Origin: Candidatus Latescibacterota bacterium
GTDB lineage: Bacteria; Latescibacterota; UBA2968; GCA-2709665
Assembly (NCBI GenBank): GCA_965219995.1
Contig: CBDCOX010000002.1
Span: 3,424,001 to 3,488,000 of the forward strand
Length of the DNA: 64,000 nt
Reading direction: 5' to 3'
Numbering within the stretch: position 1 is the first letter of the stretch; each line of letters starts with the position of its first letter. Below the pieces are notes generated by a model, which did no database searches, was not told where the DNA came from, and worked only from the letters and a program-made list of their open reading frames with translations. Positions 49,181 through 59,578 of the stretch are shown one piece after another. Position numbers and translations under genes: made by a program.

Positions 49181-51148
49181 ATGCCCCCAACCTCCGATCC
49201 TCTCATCGCCTCCCGGACTGACTCGGCGCCATCTCCCGCCCCCCGCGGCGTCACGCTCCGATCCATCCTGGTGGCCATGCTCGTCTCCGTCGCCGCGTGC
49301 GTCTGGGTCAACTACATCGAGTACGTCATCCACGCCTCCCGCATGACCCTCAGCCACTTTCCAATGGGTTCGCTGATGGTCTACCTGGCGCTCGCCCTGG
49401 TTCTCAATCCGCTGTGCAAAAAACTCGCCGCGAGTTATGCGCTCTCGCCCACGGAACTCAAGGTTATCCTGGCCGGCGGTCTGGTTGGCGGCGCCATCCC
49501 TTCGGTCGGACTGACGGGCTATTTTCTGGGCGCAATCGCCGCGCCGTACTATTTCGCAACACCGGAGAACCAGTGGGGCGAGTTCTTCCACCCCTACATT
49601 CCCCAATGGCTGGCGCCGCGCAATGTCAATCACGCGCTGGACCACCTGTTTGAAGGCGGTCCGCCCGGCATGGACATTCCCTGGGAGGTCTGGTACATCC
49701 CCCTGGCCGCGTGGATGGCGTTGATCACGGCCCTCTTCGTGGCCTCGACAAGCCTGTCGGTCATTCTTCGGAAACAATGGGTGGAAAGCGAACGGCTGAG
49801 TTACCCGATCCTGCGTCCGGTTCTGGATCTCACCGACCCGGTGAAGCCCGGTTTTTCAAGGCGTTTCTGGATCGGTTTCGCCGTTGCCCTGGGAATTATC
49901 AGCTGGAACATGATCCACTACTTTGTACCCGGATTTCCGCAGATTCCCAATATCCGCTGGGGTCCCTGGGTGCATTTTGAACGGTACTTCCCCGGTATCT
50001 GGACCCGCATCAATATGTTCACCATCTCCTTCGCCTACTTCGCCAACATCGACGTTCTCTTCAGCCTGTGGTTCTTCTGTGTCCTCTTCATCCTGCGCAG
50101 CGGCGTCCTCAACCGATACGGCTATAACGCCAGCAGCACCTATACGACAACGGGCGAGTTTGCCTGGCTTCAACTCGGCGGATTCGTCACGCTGGTCGGC
50201 TGGGGATTGTGGATCGCGCGACACCACCTGAGATCGGTGATGAGGATCGCCATCGGCCGACGCGCGCCACTGGACAATGCTGACGAAATGATGAGATATC
50301 GAACGGCCGTCCTTGGTTTCATCCTGAGCACCCTTTTCGCCATATTCTGGTTCTGGCGCGCCGGCATGGGGTTCGGCGTTGCCTGCCTGTCCGTTATGGC
50401 GACTCTGATCATCTTTCTTGGCGTATCCCGAATCGTGGCCGAAGTCGGCCTGGTATTTGTCTGCACGCCGATTGGCCAGCAGGAAATCGTCACCCGGCTG
50501 ATCGGGCCGAGGAATCTCTCCGGCCCCAGCCTTACCGTGCTCGCCTTTTCGAATGCTCTCACCTCGTTCGGGAAGGGCCTGTTCATGCCCTCCGTTGTCC
50601 ACGCCACGAAAATCGCCGACCTGTGTCCTCGCGAAGACCGCCCCCGGGTCCTGACCGCGATCTTTCTTGCGTTCGCCGCGGGCGTGGCTGCGTCCATCGC
50701 CTATACCCTCTACCTGGGATACACGCATGGGGCATACAACTTCAACGACTTTCCGTTCACCAGGTACAGCCGGAGCGGCTTCGCGAATGCGCTTTCGAAA
50801 ATGAAGGATCCGGCGGTCGAGACCAATATCCGCCCCATCCTCCTGGGCATTGGCGCAACCGTAATGTCGGTCCTTACGTTTATGAAATACCGCTTTCCCT
50901 GGTGGCCGCTTCACCCGGTCGGTTTTGCCATTGCCGGCATCTCATACGTCCACTTTTCCACGTTTTCGGTGTTCATCGCGTGGTGCATCAAATTCATCAT
51001 CCTGCGTATCGGCGGCGCCGCCCTGTACCGGCGCTATATCCCGTTTTTTCTCGGCGTACTGACGGGTTATACCGCCGGCGTCGGGATTTCTCTGTTCGTG
51101 GACATTATCTGGTTCCCCGGCGCGGGCCATTCAATTCATGGGTATTAA
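49181..51148 (+). CDS. Large polytopic membrane protein, DUF6785/DUF6784-like
   Basis: GVTLRSI, LRKQWVESERLSYPI, RIVAEVG, WWPLHPVGF, FFLG; many TM helices. Confidence 0.85.
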   Translation: MPPTSDPLIASRTDSAPSPAPRGVTLRSILVAMLVSVAACVWVNYIEYVIHASRMTLSHFPMGSLMVYLALALVLNPLCKKLAASYALSPTELKVILAGGLVGGAIPSVGLTGYFLGAIAAPYYFATPENQWGEFFHPYIPQWLAPRNVNHALDHLFEGGPPGMDIPWEVWYIPLAAWMALITALFVASTSLSVILRKQWVESERLSYPILRPVLDLTDPVKPGFSRRFWIGFAVALGIISWNMIHYFVPGFPQIPNIRWGPWVHFERYFPGIWTRINMFTISFAYFANIDVLFSLWFFCVLFILRSGVLNRYGYNASSTYTTTGEFAWLQLGGFVTLVGWGLWIARHHLRSVMRIAIGRRAPLDNADEMMRYRTAVLGFILSTLFAIFWFWRAGMGFGVACLSVMATLIIFLGVSRIVAEVGLVFVCTPIGQQEIVTRLIGPRNLSGPSLTVLAFSNALTSFGKGLFMPSVVHATKIADLCPREDRPRVLTAIFLAFAAGVAASIAYTLYLGYTHGAYNFNDFPFTRYSRSGFANALSKMKDPAVETNIRPILLGIGATVMSVLTFMKYRFPWWPLHPVGFAIAGISYVHFSTFSVFIAWCIKFIILRIGGAALYRRYIPFFLGVLTGYTAGVGISLFVDIIWFPGAGHSIHGY

Positions 51149-52418
51149 GGTGACGAGCCGAAATTCGGGAGAACCCATTTTGGTTGACATCCATCAGACC
51201 TTCAACTGGCACGATATCCACGGGAACCAGGACTACGTCTTCGGCGAAGACGGCTACCTGAAAATGGACGCATCCAGGACGCCGGTCCAATGTTCCCGTC
51301 AACTCAAAGAGAAGATCACCAACGGGTCCGGCTCGCTTGAACTGGTCATGAGAGTCGTGCTGGACGAGCCGGAATACCACACCCTTTACACGCTTCGCCT
51401 TTACGACAGTGCGGACCGCCCGGCCATCGTCTGTCACATCGGGAGGGACGGCCGGCTGCTGTTCCAGGGCAGGAACGAACTGATGGATTCCGGCCGGGTC
51501 CTCACGTTCCAGGGCAACTGTCCTTTCAACGATCGCACGAAGCGCAAATGGTACATCGTCGAATCCAACGAACACACCTACACCTTCGAAGCGTTCGACT
51601 TTGCAAACCAGACCGCTGTCTTTCTTCTGGACGGCGAACGGCCCGTGACCGTACCCTTCCGCAACCCCGTACGGGATATTGCAAAACTGGAACTTCAGAC
51701 CGGCGGCGTCGGCATCGGCCGGTATGTCCGTGTGAAACATCTCAAACAGTTCGTTGCGGGCGGACTGATCGAACGGGAAGATCACCCGCTCTACTGGAAA
51801 CCGGTCCCGCCGCCCCGGGACGGCGAACCGGACGACAACGTTTGCGAAAGCAGGCTCAGACCGGTTGGAAACCGATGGCTTGAAGTCATCACCCGGTACG
51901 GATTCGTAACGACGACCTTTCCGGTGATCCCGAAGGGAACGCTGGAATTCGACGTCAAATCCCCGGACGTATCCGCCGAAGCCTGCATCCTGCTGGGCGA
52001 AAACGACGGCTCCATCAAGTGTTTCAGAAAGATTCAGACGGGCATCCTGACAAACCGCATGACCATTGCCACCGGCCATCCCGAGCCGGGTTTCAATACG
52101 TTCGACAACTCCGTCGCTCCCGAAAACGACCGGACGTACCGGTTCAAGATCGCATGGGATGCGGAATCCAACAGGCAGCGGATCTGGATCGACGACGTTC
52201 CACAGATATACCTCGGCGAAACGGAGATCGAAATCCACGGTTTATGGGGCAGGGACAACCGGATGACGCGGGGAATCGACACCATTTCCCTGCATCCCGG
52301 CCTGCTCGGGACGGCGCGTCTCACGTCCATCCAGAAAGCCCAGGGCCGGACGCTCGAAAGCCCGCCGGAGCCCCTTCGCACCTGGTGGGGCAATTTCAGG
52401 CTGCGAGCTCTGGTATAA
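51138..52418 (+). CDS. Hypothetical beta-rich protein
   Basis: 426-aa ORF overlapping the upstream stop; two lectin-like beta segments by eye. Confidence 0.75.
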   Translation: MGIKVTSRNSGEPILVDIHQTFNWHDIHGNQDYVFGEDGYLKMDASRTPVQCSRQLKEKITNGSGSLELVMRVVLDEPEYHTLYTLRLYDSADRPAIVCHIGRDGRLLFQGRNELMDSGRVLTFQGNCPFNDRTKRKWYIVESNEHTYTFEAFDFANQTAVFLLDGERPVTVPFRNPVRDIAKLELQTGGVGIGRYVRVKHLKQFVAGGLIEREDHPLYWKPVPPPRDGEPDDNVCESRLRPVGNRWLEVITRYGFVTTTFPVIPKGTLEFDVKSPDVSAEACILLGENDGSIKCFRKIQTGILTNRMTIATGHPEPGFNTFDNSVAPENDRTYRFKIAWDAESNRQRIWIDDVPQIYLGETEIEIHGLWGRDNRMTRGIDTISLHPGLLGTARLTSIQKAQGRTLESPPEPLRTWWGNFRLRALV

Positions 52419-52466
52419 CCATTGTCAGTCGAAGCAAGCCGACGCGCCGTATCGCGAAGGGTTGAT

Positions 52467-54815
52467 ATGCGAACCCATCGAACGCCATGCACGATGTACA
52501 AGCCGGATGACCTTGCGCGTGCGAGGGAGAACATCAGACGGCACGACTGGGCAAGGAAGCTCTATTCGCAGACCAGATCCCAGGCCGAACCCTATCTGGC
52601 GATGGACCGGGATCGCATGCGCAGCTTTATCAGCGACCGGACGCCGCTGGTGACCGTAGTCTGCCCAAACTGCGGATGCGGACCGTGGTACGCGTACAGC
52701 CTGATCAACGACGGCGACACGCTTCAATGCACAGATTGCAGGACCAGGTGGGACTGGGACCCGGACGACGCCTCCGAAACCTGGAATATCCAGGCGGTGA
52801 TCCGCACCTACCGCCTGAAATACATCCTTGGCGGTCTGGAAAGCGCCGGCATCGTGTACGGTGTCGAAGGCGACGTGCGATACGCCGAAAAAGCCGCCAT
52901 TCTGGTCGAACGTTTCGCGGAAGTCTTCGAGGACTACCGGCTGAACCAGGTGAACAGGAACGTCTGGCACGATCAGAATGACCCCTATTACGGGAAAATC
53001 GACGGCTGGAAACAGCGGGATGCCTGGTGCGTCCGAAACGTGCTGTTGGCGTATGATCTGATCCGGGACTCCGGCGTCCTTACGGGCGATCAGCGCCGGT
53101 CAATCGACGCCTTTGTCGAATACGTTCGAGACTATTTCGTCGAGTCGTTCAACAATCCGGGGGACTCGACCCTGAAGGGATACACCTGGACCGATGACCT
53201 TTCACCCTACCTCTCGCACTACTCCATTCAGGACCACGGCGGCGCGTGGTGGTGCATCGCGGCTTCGGCCGCGCTGACGGGAGACGAGGAAATCCTGCGA
53301 TCCGTCGTCACGTTATACGAAGACATGCTCAAGCCTGAGGCCGGCGTCTTCTTCCAGGACGGCGCGTTCTACGAATGTACGGCCGACTACACCCTGGGAC
53401 TGCTCCAGACGACCATCGGCATCCCCGAAATCATCCGCGGAAACCTGGACGCCGGCGTGTATGCCAATCCCCGCTGCGCCCTTCTGGAAAAGTGTTACAC
53501 CTGGTTCCTGGATGCCGCCCTTCCGAACGACACCAATCCCGCGATCAACGATTCACACGTTGGCAGTCCGCTGCGCCCTTTCTGTTCGGAAATCGCCTAT
53601 ATCGTCTACAACAACCAGAAGGCGCTGCGCCATATCAAGACCCTCTGGGGTCCCGATCTGAACGGCGGTACCGAATACTCACTGTTCTACAGGGATCCGG
53701 ATGCCGCTGTCGAAGGCGACGGCGAACCCTACGCCGAGGAAAGCGTCCACCTGCCCGATATCGGACTCATGATCCTTCGTCAAGGCGAAGACAAACCGTT
53801 GCGGACCATGGCCTTCATCGACTACGGACCGTATATACCCGCCGCCCACAAGCAGAAAGACTACCTCAATTTCGTCCTGTGGTCCCACGGGCAGGAACTC
53901 GTCACGGAAATGGGATACAACTGGAATCCGGAATGGGCGCGCCTCTGGGAACGCGGTCCGCTATCGCACAATACCGTCCTGGAATGCGCGGAACAGGGCG
54001 AGGGAGGAAAACCGCTTCTGTGGTGCGTTACGCCGGGTCCGAAGCTGGCCGAAGCTGGCCTGCCGCCCGGCAATACACGCCTGATCGCGCTGCTGCCCCG
54101 AAGTTCGGGTGAACCGCTCATCGCCGACGTCTTTCGCGTTTCCGGAGAGCTGAGTTCGTACACGTGGATGTTGCACGCCCGGTCCGGAGACCTGGAGGTC
54201 GCGGGCCTCGACGACCTTTCGCCGACAGACGTCCCCGAACCCCTGCGCTCCGGCCGGTGGGGACGCGCGAGCGACGACGTTACGGCCACGTGGACCATGG
54301 ATCGCGGCGGACTGCGGACGATCGTCCCCAATATCTCCGATACCTCGGTTACGATCTCCGAGTGTCCTCCCGAAGAGGACGTCATTGAGGACCTGCATGC
54401 CGAAGGCGGCACCATGAAGCCCGGCGCCGTGCTCCCGTACCGCGGCCACCTCCAGGTCTCCCGCCCTGGCCCGGACGCCACGTTCGCCGCCGTACACGCA
54501 CCATTCCGGGACAGCCCACCCGCCGTCGATATCGAATGCCGCATCCTGCCGGACGACACGCTTGCGCTCGGAATTGCCACCGAGCAGGAACACTTTTTCC
54601 TTGTTCATACCCTCGCACCGGGCGAGGTGCACGCGGACGGACTTACCCTCAACGGGCGCGCCGCCGTCGCCACGATGAAAGGCGGTGTGCTCAAATCGCT
54701 ATGTCTCGCCGCGGGCACGTATCTGGCTTACAGCGAAGCCCAAATCCACCTCGAAAGGACCGGCAACGCCTACGCGATACGTTCCGGAGACACGTTCAAA
54801 AGGGTGGAGCCATAA
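52467..54815 (+). CDS. Heparinase II/III-like polysaccharide lyase-fold protein
   Basis: ARENIRRHDWA, DGAFYEC..DY, PAINDS, HKQKDYLN, SHNTV; CPNC/CTDC insert. Confidence 0.8.
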   Translation: MRTHRTPCTMYKPDDLARARENIRRHDWARKLYSQTRSQAEPYLAMDRDRMRSFISDRTPLVTVVCPNCGCGPWYAYSLINDGDTLQCTDCRTRWDWDPDDASETWNIQAVIRTYRLKYILGGLESAGIVYGVEGDVRYAEKAAILVERFAEVFEDYRLNQVNRNVWHDQNDPYYGKIDGWKQRDAWCVRNVLLAYDLIRDSGVLTGDQRRSIDAFVEYVRDYFVESFNNPGDSTLKGYTWTDDLSPYLSHYSIQDHGGAWWCIAASAALTGDEEILRSVVTLYEDMLKPEAGVFFQDGAFYECTADYTLGLLQTTIGIPEIIRGNLDAGVYANPRCALLEKCYTWFLDAALPNDTNPAINDSHVGSPLRPFCSEIAYIVYNNQKALRHIKTLWGPDLNGGTEYSLFYRDPDAAVEGDGEPYAEESVHLPDIGLMILRQGEDKPLRTMAFIDYGPYIPAAHKQKDYLNFVLWSHGQELVTEMGYNWNPEWARLWERGPLSHNTVLECAEQGEGGKPLLWCVTPGPKLAEAGLPPGNTRLIALLPRSSGEPLIADVFRVSGELSSYTWMLHARSGDLEVAGLDDLSPTDVPEPLRSGRWGRASDDVTATWTMDRGGLRTIVPNISDTSVTISECPPEEDVIEDLHAEGGTMKPGAVLPYRGHLQVSRPGPDATFAAVHAPFRDSPPAVDIECRILPDDTLALGIATEQEHFFLVHTLAPGEVHADGLTLNGRAAVATMKGGVLKSLCLAAGTYLAYSEAQIHLERTGNAYAIRSGDTFKRVEP

Positions 54816-54877
54816 GATTCAGTCCGTTATATTGCGCCGTTCAGAACAGCTAGCCTACCTCTATACAGGAGATTCGC

Positions 54878-55822
54878 ATGCCGTCCAACTTTCTCGACCG
54901 GGTCACCGAGGGCCACGTGCTTTGCGATGGCGGTTACTATCTCGAATTCGAACGACGTTGCCTCGGCAGCTACGCGTCCAGAATACCCATGGGAGTACTC
55001 GATTATCCGGAAGGCGTCCTCGAACTCCACAAGGAATTCGCGCGGGCGGGCGCCGAGGTCCTCCAGGCTATGGTCTGGGGCGTGCGGCCGATGGATCGCG
55101 AAGAGGAACTCCACAGGACGGCCGTGGAACTCGCGCGGGAAGCGGCCGGACCGGACCGGTTTGTGGCCGGTACCCTCAGCCCCTTCGTTTATTCGGGCCG
55201 CTCCAAATGGGATCCGATGTCCGAGGAAGACAAGACCGGCGCCAGGGAATTCTTCGAACGCCGCGTTAGCCAGCAGACCTCGGCCGGCGTGGACCTCTTC
55301 ATCATCGAAACCTTCTATTCCGTGGATGAAGTGAGCCTGGCCATTCCCATTGTCAAGCAGGCGGGGATCCCGGCCGTAGTGACAATGACCTATCGCGACG
55401 GGGAATTTACCCGGGAAGGTTATCGCCCCGGCGAAGCCGCCAAACGACTCGTGGACGCAGGGGCCGACGTGGTCGGCATCAATTGCATGCGCCCGTGGTC
55501 AACCATGCGGCCTCTCATGTACGAAGTGAGGAAGGCCGTTTCCGTACCCCTGTGCGCACAGCCCACGGGATACGAACTCGAGCCGGGCGAGAACTTCAAC
55601 CGTCCGCTGAGCGTCGCCGATCTTTGGACGCAGGTCGAGCCCCGCGTTGTCACGCGCTTTTCCATGGCGGAGTATACCGCCGAAGCAACACGTATGGGCA
55701 TCGGCCTGATCGGCTCCTGCTGCGGAGCCCTGCCGTACCACGTCCGGGCCATGGCCGAGGCGCTCGGCAAACCCACCGACCTGCCCGACGTCGACCGCGG
55801 ATACCAGGGTCTGGCGGGGTGA
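54878..55822 (+). CDS. Homocysteine S-methyltransferase family (BHMT-like)
   Basis: LCDGG, LHKEFARAGA, IIETF, GINC and GSCCG zinc ligands. Confidence 0.92.
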   Translation: MPSNFLDRVTEGHVLCDGGYYLEFERRCLGSYASRIPMGVLDYPEGVLELHKEFARAGAEVLQAMVWGVRPMDREEELHRTAVELAREAAGPDRFVAGTLSPFVYSGRSKWDPMSEEDKTGAREFFERRVSQQTSAGVDLFIIETFYSVDEVSLAIPIVKQAGIPAVVTMTYRDGEFTREGYRPGEAAKRLVDAGADVVGINCMRPWSTMRPLMYEVRKAVSVPLCAQPTGYELEPGENFNRPLSVADLWTQVEPRVVTRFSMAEYTAEATRMGIGLIGSCCGALPYHVRAMAEALGKPTDLPDVDRGYQGLAG

Positions 55823-55980
55823 AGCGCGATCCATGAATCACAGGGTCTCGCGAGGGGCCTATCCGGCGCCCGCGGACAGGTATTCAGGGGGGCGACAACC
55901 GATCCGGCGACAGGTCGCGAATCGGGCGGGAGTCTGCCCCATCCCGCCGACCAAGCTGCGCCAACGGGAGGAAACCACGC

Positions 55981-57648
55981 ATGTTGAATGAAATCACCGC
56001 TTGCCTCCACAAAGGGTTCGAACTCGGCGTCCGGTGGACGGATGAGAGCGGCGTCCTGAACGACCCGTACGAAAGCAACCGGCCGGAGAACTTCGCGCCT
56101 GCCTGCTGGGCAGTCATCGGCGCGTCGCTGTACCGGCTTACCGGCGAGGACGTCTATCTGGAGTGGACCGACCGGTGGATGCGGCGCACCGCCGAGATTA
56201 TGGAAGGCGCCAGGAATTCGCCCGGGTTCAGAGAATACGTGATGGGGTACGGCGTGATGGTCTTTCCCGTTCTTTCCGACGTCGTGGACAGGGATATCGT
56301 GGAAGGTTGGGAAGCGGCCTTCGCGGCGTCCTATACGGACGACGCCGGATTGTCCGACTGCCACGTCTCCGCCGCGTCGCTGCTGTGCGACCTGTTCCTG
56401 GACAGCGGGCGGGAGAAGAAAGCCCGGGAGCGATCCGGAGAACTCATCGCGGCGTTCAACAGGCGACTCACACCGGGGGGCTTCCTGCGCGACGACGACG
56501 TGAACGGGAATTCCGTTGCGCACGTCTATCTGACCGGTGCATTCCTGGCCGCTACCCTTCTCAGGAAAAATTCAGACGTCGCGCCAGGGTCCGGGGTCGA
56601 ACAACTCCTCGAGACGATCTGCGGCTGGTTCAAACGGGCGAACGGTCGTTTCCATCTGCCATTCCTGGCCAGCAGGAGCATCTACCAGATGTACGTGTAT
56701 CCCATGGTCGCACTTCTCTCGTACATCGGAGAGGGTGGAGAGGCCAGAGACAGAGTCCTCGCGCTCCTCGAATTCTGTCAGTCCTTCAATCCCGAAAACG
56801 ACATTTTCTCCCACACGCCCAACCACCTGTCGCCCTACGCCCTCGCGGGCCTGGAGTGGACATATAATCGTCTGAACACCGACCTCGGCGCGGGTCTTGT
56901 CGCCTGGGCGCTGCTCGCGCTCCTGATCGAACAGGAATGGCCGGGGTTCGACACGGTCGCCGCCGCCCCCGTGCAGGACGTGGTGGATCCGGAAGCGGGG
57001 TACGCGATCCTGCACGGCGAGAAGTCCCGCGTGGCCTTCGCACTCTGTAATCACGACTGGGGCTATCACCTGCCGCTCCAGCCGGTTTCACTCAAACTCG
57101 GCAATACGCCGATGATCGAACCCATTGCTGACGCCAAGCGGGACGGTGTCAAGCACGCCTTTCACGAACAGATCGTGAAACCGCGCACGGCCGATCCGTT
57201 GCTGGAACCGTACTTCGGCATTCTCGTCAAAGAGGCCGGCGGCGCTTATCGCATCATGGAAGGCAACGCCGAAGTGATCGCCGCCGATGAATACAGGCTG
57301 ACCGGGCCGTTATCGTTGAACCTTAAACTCGATCTGAAGAACGAGCTCGTTCGGCTGACGTACCGTGTCACGGACCTGAAGGACGGCGATCAGCCCGTTT
57401 TCTCCATTCCCGTCCTGCTGTGGGACGGGAAGGAGGAACTGACGTACAGAATTGAAAACGGCACCGTGGTCCTGGGCTGGAAAGGAGCGGCCTACCGCAT
57501 TTCGATCGCCGGCAACAGCGGTCCATGGGACCTTGACATGGCGCGTTATCTGCACGCCGGATGCGGGCTGACCGCGAATATGACCGTTCCACTGGCGCAC
57601 AACGCCGCCAATCTGGATGCGGCTGTCACGATTGAACGGACGGCGTGA
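55981..57648 (+). CDS. Hypothetical protein (helical N-terminus, beta C-terminus)
   Basis: 555-aa ORF with GGAGG RBS; LYRLTGEDVYLEW motif typical of alpha/alpha barrels. Confidence 0.78.
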   Translation: MLNEITACLHKGFELGVRWTDESGVLNDPYESNRPENFAPACWAVIGASLYRLTGEDVYLEWTDRWMRRTAEIMEGARNSPGFREYVMGYGVMVFPVLSDVVDRDIVEGWEAAFAASYTDDAGLSDCHVSAASLLCDLFLDSGREKKARERSGELIAAFNRRLTPGGFLRDDDVNGNSVAHVYLTGAFLAATLLRKNSDVAPGSGVEQLLETICGWFKRANGRFHLPFLASRSIYQMYVYPMVALLSYIGEGGEARDRVLALLEFCQSFNPENDIFSHTPNHLSPYALAGLEWTYNRLNTDLGAGLVAWALLALLIEQEWPGFDTVAAAPVQDVVDPEAGYAILHGEKSRVAFALCNHDWGYHLPLQPVSLKLGNTPMIEPIADAKRDGVKHAFHEQIVKPRTADPLLEPYFGILVKEAGGAYRIMEGNAEVIAADEYRLTGPLSLNLKLDLKNELVRLTYRVTDLKDGDQPVFSIPVLLWDGKEELTYRIENGTVVLGWKGAAYRISIAGNSGPWDLDMARYLHAGCGLTANMTVPLAHNAANLDAAVTIERTA

Positions 57649-57673
57649 GGATCTCCCTTCTGAAGGGCCGGTC

Positions 57674-58657
57674 ATGAACCTCGGATTCGTCGGTCTGGGC
57701 AACTATTCCACAAACCATCTGCGGGCCGTCCAGAAGAATCCGGACCTGGTCCTGGAATCCGTCTATGACATTGTCCCCGAACGCGCTGACGAGGCAGTCC
57801 GGGAGTTCGGCGCCAAGCGGGCGTCCACGATCGAACAACTGGCAGGCGATCCCCGCGTAGACGGTGTGGTCATTACAACGCCCAACCCGCGCCACTACGA
57901 GGACTTCAAAGTCTGCGCGGCCCACGGCAAACACGTCTTCGTCAACGTGCCCGTCACGACGAGCCGCGCCGAGGCCGCGGAGATGATTCGGCTTGCCAAC
58001 GAAAAAGAACTCACCTATATGGCCGGCCACAACCTCCGCAAAAACCCGGCCATCTCCCACCTCAAGAACCGGCTGGACGCCGGCGACGTCGGCACTCTGC
58101 ACTCGGTTGAAGCCTCCGTCGGAGGCGCCACCGCCTATGATCTCACGCCGGACAACTGGAGGTACCGACGAAAAAACGCGCCGCTTCTGCCATTCGCGCA
58201 GATGGCCGTCGTCTTCATCGACCTCGTCCTGGACATCATGGGCGCGCCAGAGAAAATCTCCGCCTTCATGTCCAAGAGAGACGGAGCCGGGGAATCCCCG
58301 GACCTGGGCGCGGTTATCGGCCGTTACGCCGATGGACGTCTTTCCTGTATCGGCGCGTCGTACGTCTCTCATCCGGGCTACGAAATCACCTTTGCGGGAA
58401 GCGACGCCAGAATCACGTGGGACAGCCACAACGAAAACGCCGTCACCCTGATCGGTACCGAGACCCGCCAGCGGAAATCCTTCGACCGGATCGACGAACA
58501 GTACGAAGAACTCGCCGAATTCGCGCATTGCGTTGAAACCGGCGCCGCACCCTCGGCGAACGGCCTGGACGCGTTCAACGTCGCCGCCTACTTCGAGGCG
58601 ATCGAAGAGTCCATCAACACGGAACGGGTCGCTCGCTTCAGGCCTTTCGACGAATAG
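57674..58657 (+). CDS. Gfo/Idh/MocA family oxidoreductase
   Basis: LGFVGLG, ITTPNPRH, GKHVFVNVP (atypical in place of EKP). Confidence 0.88.
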   Translation: MNLGFVGLGNYSTNHLRAVQKNPDLVLESVYDIVPERADEAVREFGAKRASTIEQLAGDPRVDGVVITTPNPRHYEDFKVCAAHGKHVFVNVPVTTSRAEAAEMIRLANEKELTYMAGHNLRKNPAISHLKNRLDAGDVGTLHSVEASVGGATAYDLTPDNWRYRRKNAPLLPFAQMAVVFIDLVLDIMGAPEKISAFMSKRDGAGESPDLGAVIGRYADGRLSCIGASYVSHPGYEITFAGSDARITWDSHNENAVTLIGTETRQRKSFDRIDEQYEELAEFAHCVETGAAPSANGLDAFNVAAYFEAIEESINTERVARFRPFDE

Positions 58658-58692
58658 AAAAAAAGCCCTGGAGATCGCGTCTCCAGGGCTTC
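58658..58692. terminator. Terminator between convergent genes
   Basis: A-tract plus AAGCCCTGGAGA-TCGCG-TCTCCAGGGCTT hairpin. Confidence 0.8.
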
Positions 58693-58695
58693 CGT

Positions 58696-58755
58696 CGATT
58701 CAATCCGGCGACCATCATTGTAGTACAGAGGCAGCGGGATTTCGAATCTGCGCAT
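58696..58755 (-). pseudogene. Truncated 5' end of a small conserved hypothetical gene
   Basis: MRRFEIPLPLYYNDGRRIE overlaps the upstream gene's 3' end and then runs into the terminator hairpin. Confidence 0.45.
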
Positions 58756-58945
58756 AAGACTTCTCAACCTCGTCATCCGAGGCCTGTCGATATGGGTTGT
58801 TCTGTTCATCCAGAATCGACAATGCGTGAACGGGCACGATGTATACACCATCCGGCAAGCTGCTCACCGTGGCATGGTTGGCCAGTTTGTAATAGCCCTT
58901 AACCTGATGTTCGCGACTATTGAACTTGATATAAGCAGTATTCAT
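58715..58945 (-). CDS. Small hypothetical protein (76 aa)
   Basis: GGAG RBS; lower GC than its neighbours; MNTAYIKF...IRNPAASVLQ. Confidence 0.7.
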   Translation of the reverse strand: MNTAYIKFNSREHQVKGYYKLANHATVSSLPDGVYIVPVHALSILDEQNNPYRQASDDEVEKSYAQIRNPAASVLQ

Positions 58946-59032
58946 GCGTGTCTCCGCTGAACGAAACCAGAACGTACCTAATGGCAAAAAACTATGTTAA
59001 TTGGTTAATCTTAGCGATTCACGCGGATCATG

Positions 59033-59527
59033 TCAACCCCGGTGGGTTCGCGGATGATCCGAGACTGATTCGTCAATCTCCGCAATGACCGAGAGTTCCA
59101 CGGATGCGCCCAGCGGCAACTCGTTCGCCCCAATAGCCAGCCGGGCGTGGCTGCCTTTGTCGCCCAGCACCTGTGCGAACAACTCCGACGCCCCGTTGAT
59201 CACCTTCGGCTGGTCCGTGAATCCCGCCGCCGAACGGACGAATCCCTCCACGCGCACCAGTTGAACGACAGCTTCGAGCGAACCCGCCGCGGCGTTCAAT
59301 ACACTCAACGCGTTCAATGCGCAAAGCTTCGCCGCTTCATTGCCTTCCTCGATGGACACGTCCGCCCCCACCCTGCCCGCAAACTTCAATTCGCCCGCGG
59401 ACATCGGAAGCTGGCCTGCCACGAAAATCAGATTACCCGATCGCTTCGCGGGCACGTAGGCGCCCGCGGGCGCCGGTGGTTCCGGCAGCCCGAGTCCAAG
59501 TGCGGCGAGACGCTCCTCCGCGGACAT
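59033..59527 (-). CDS. RidA family protein
   Basis: GAYVP, AGQLP, VINGASEL, HAR.AIG..LPLG..VE. Confidence 0.93.
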   Translation of the reverse strand: MSAEERLAALGLGLPEPPAPAGAYVPAKRSGNLIFVAGQLPMSAGELKFAGRVGADVSIEEGNEAAKLCALNALSVLNAAAGSLEAVVQLVRVEGFVRSAAGFTDQPKVINGASELFAQVLGDKGSHARLAIGANELPLGASVELSVIAEIDESVSDHPRTHRG

Positions 59528-59578
59528 CAGTACCTCCTCAGTAATACATCGGAATTTCACGGAATTTCGATCATGACT

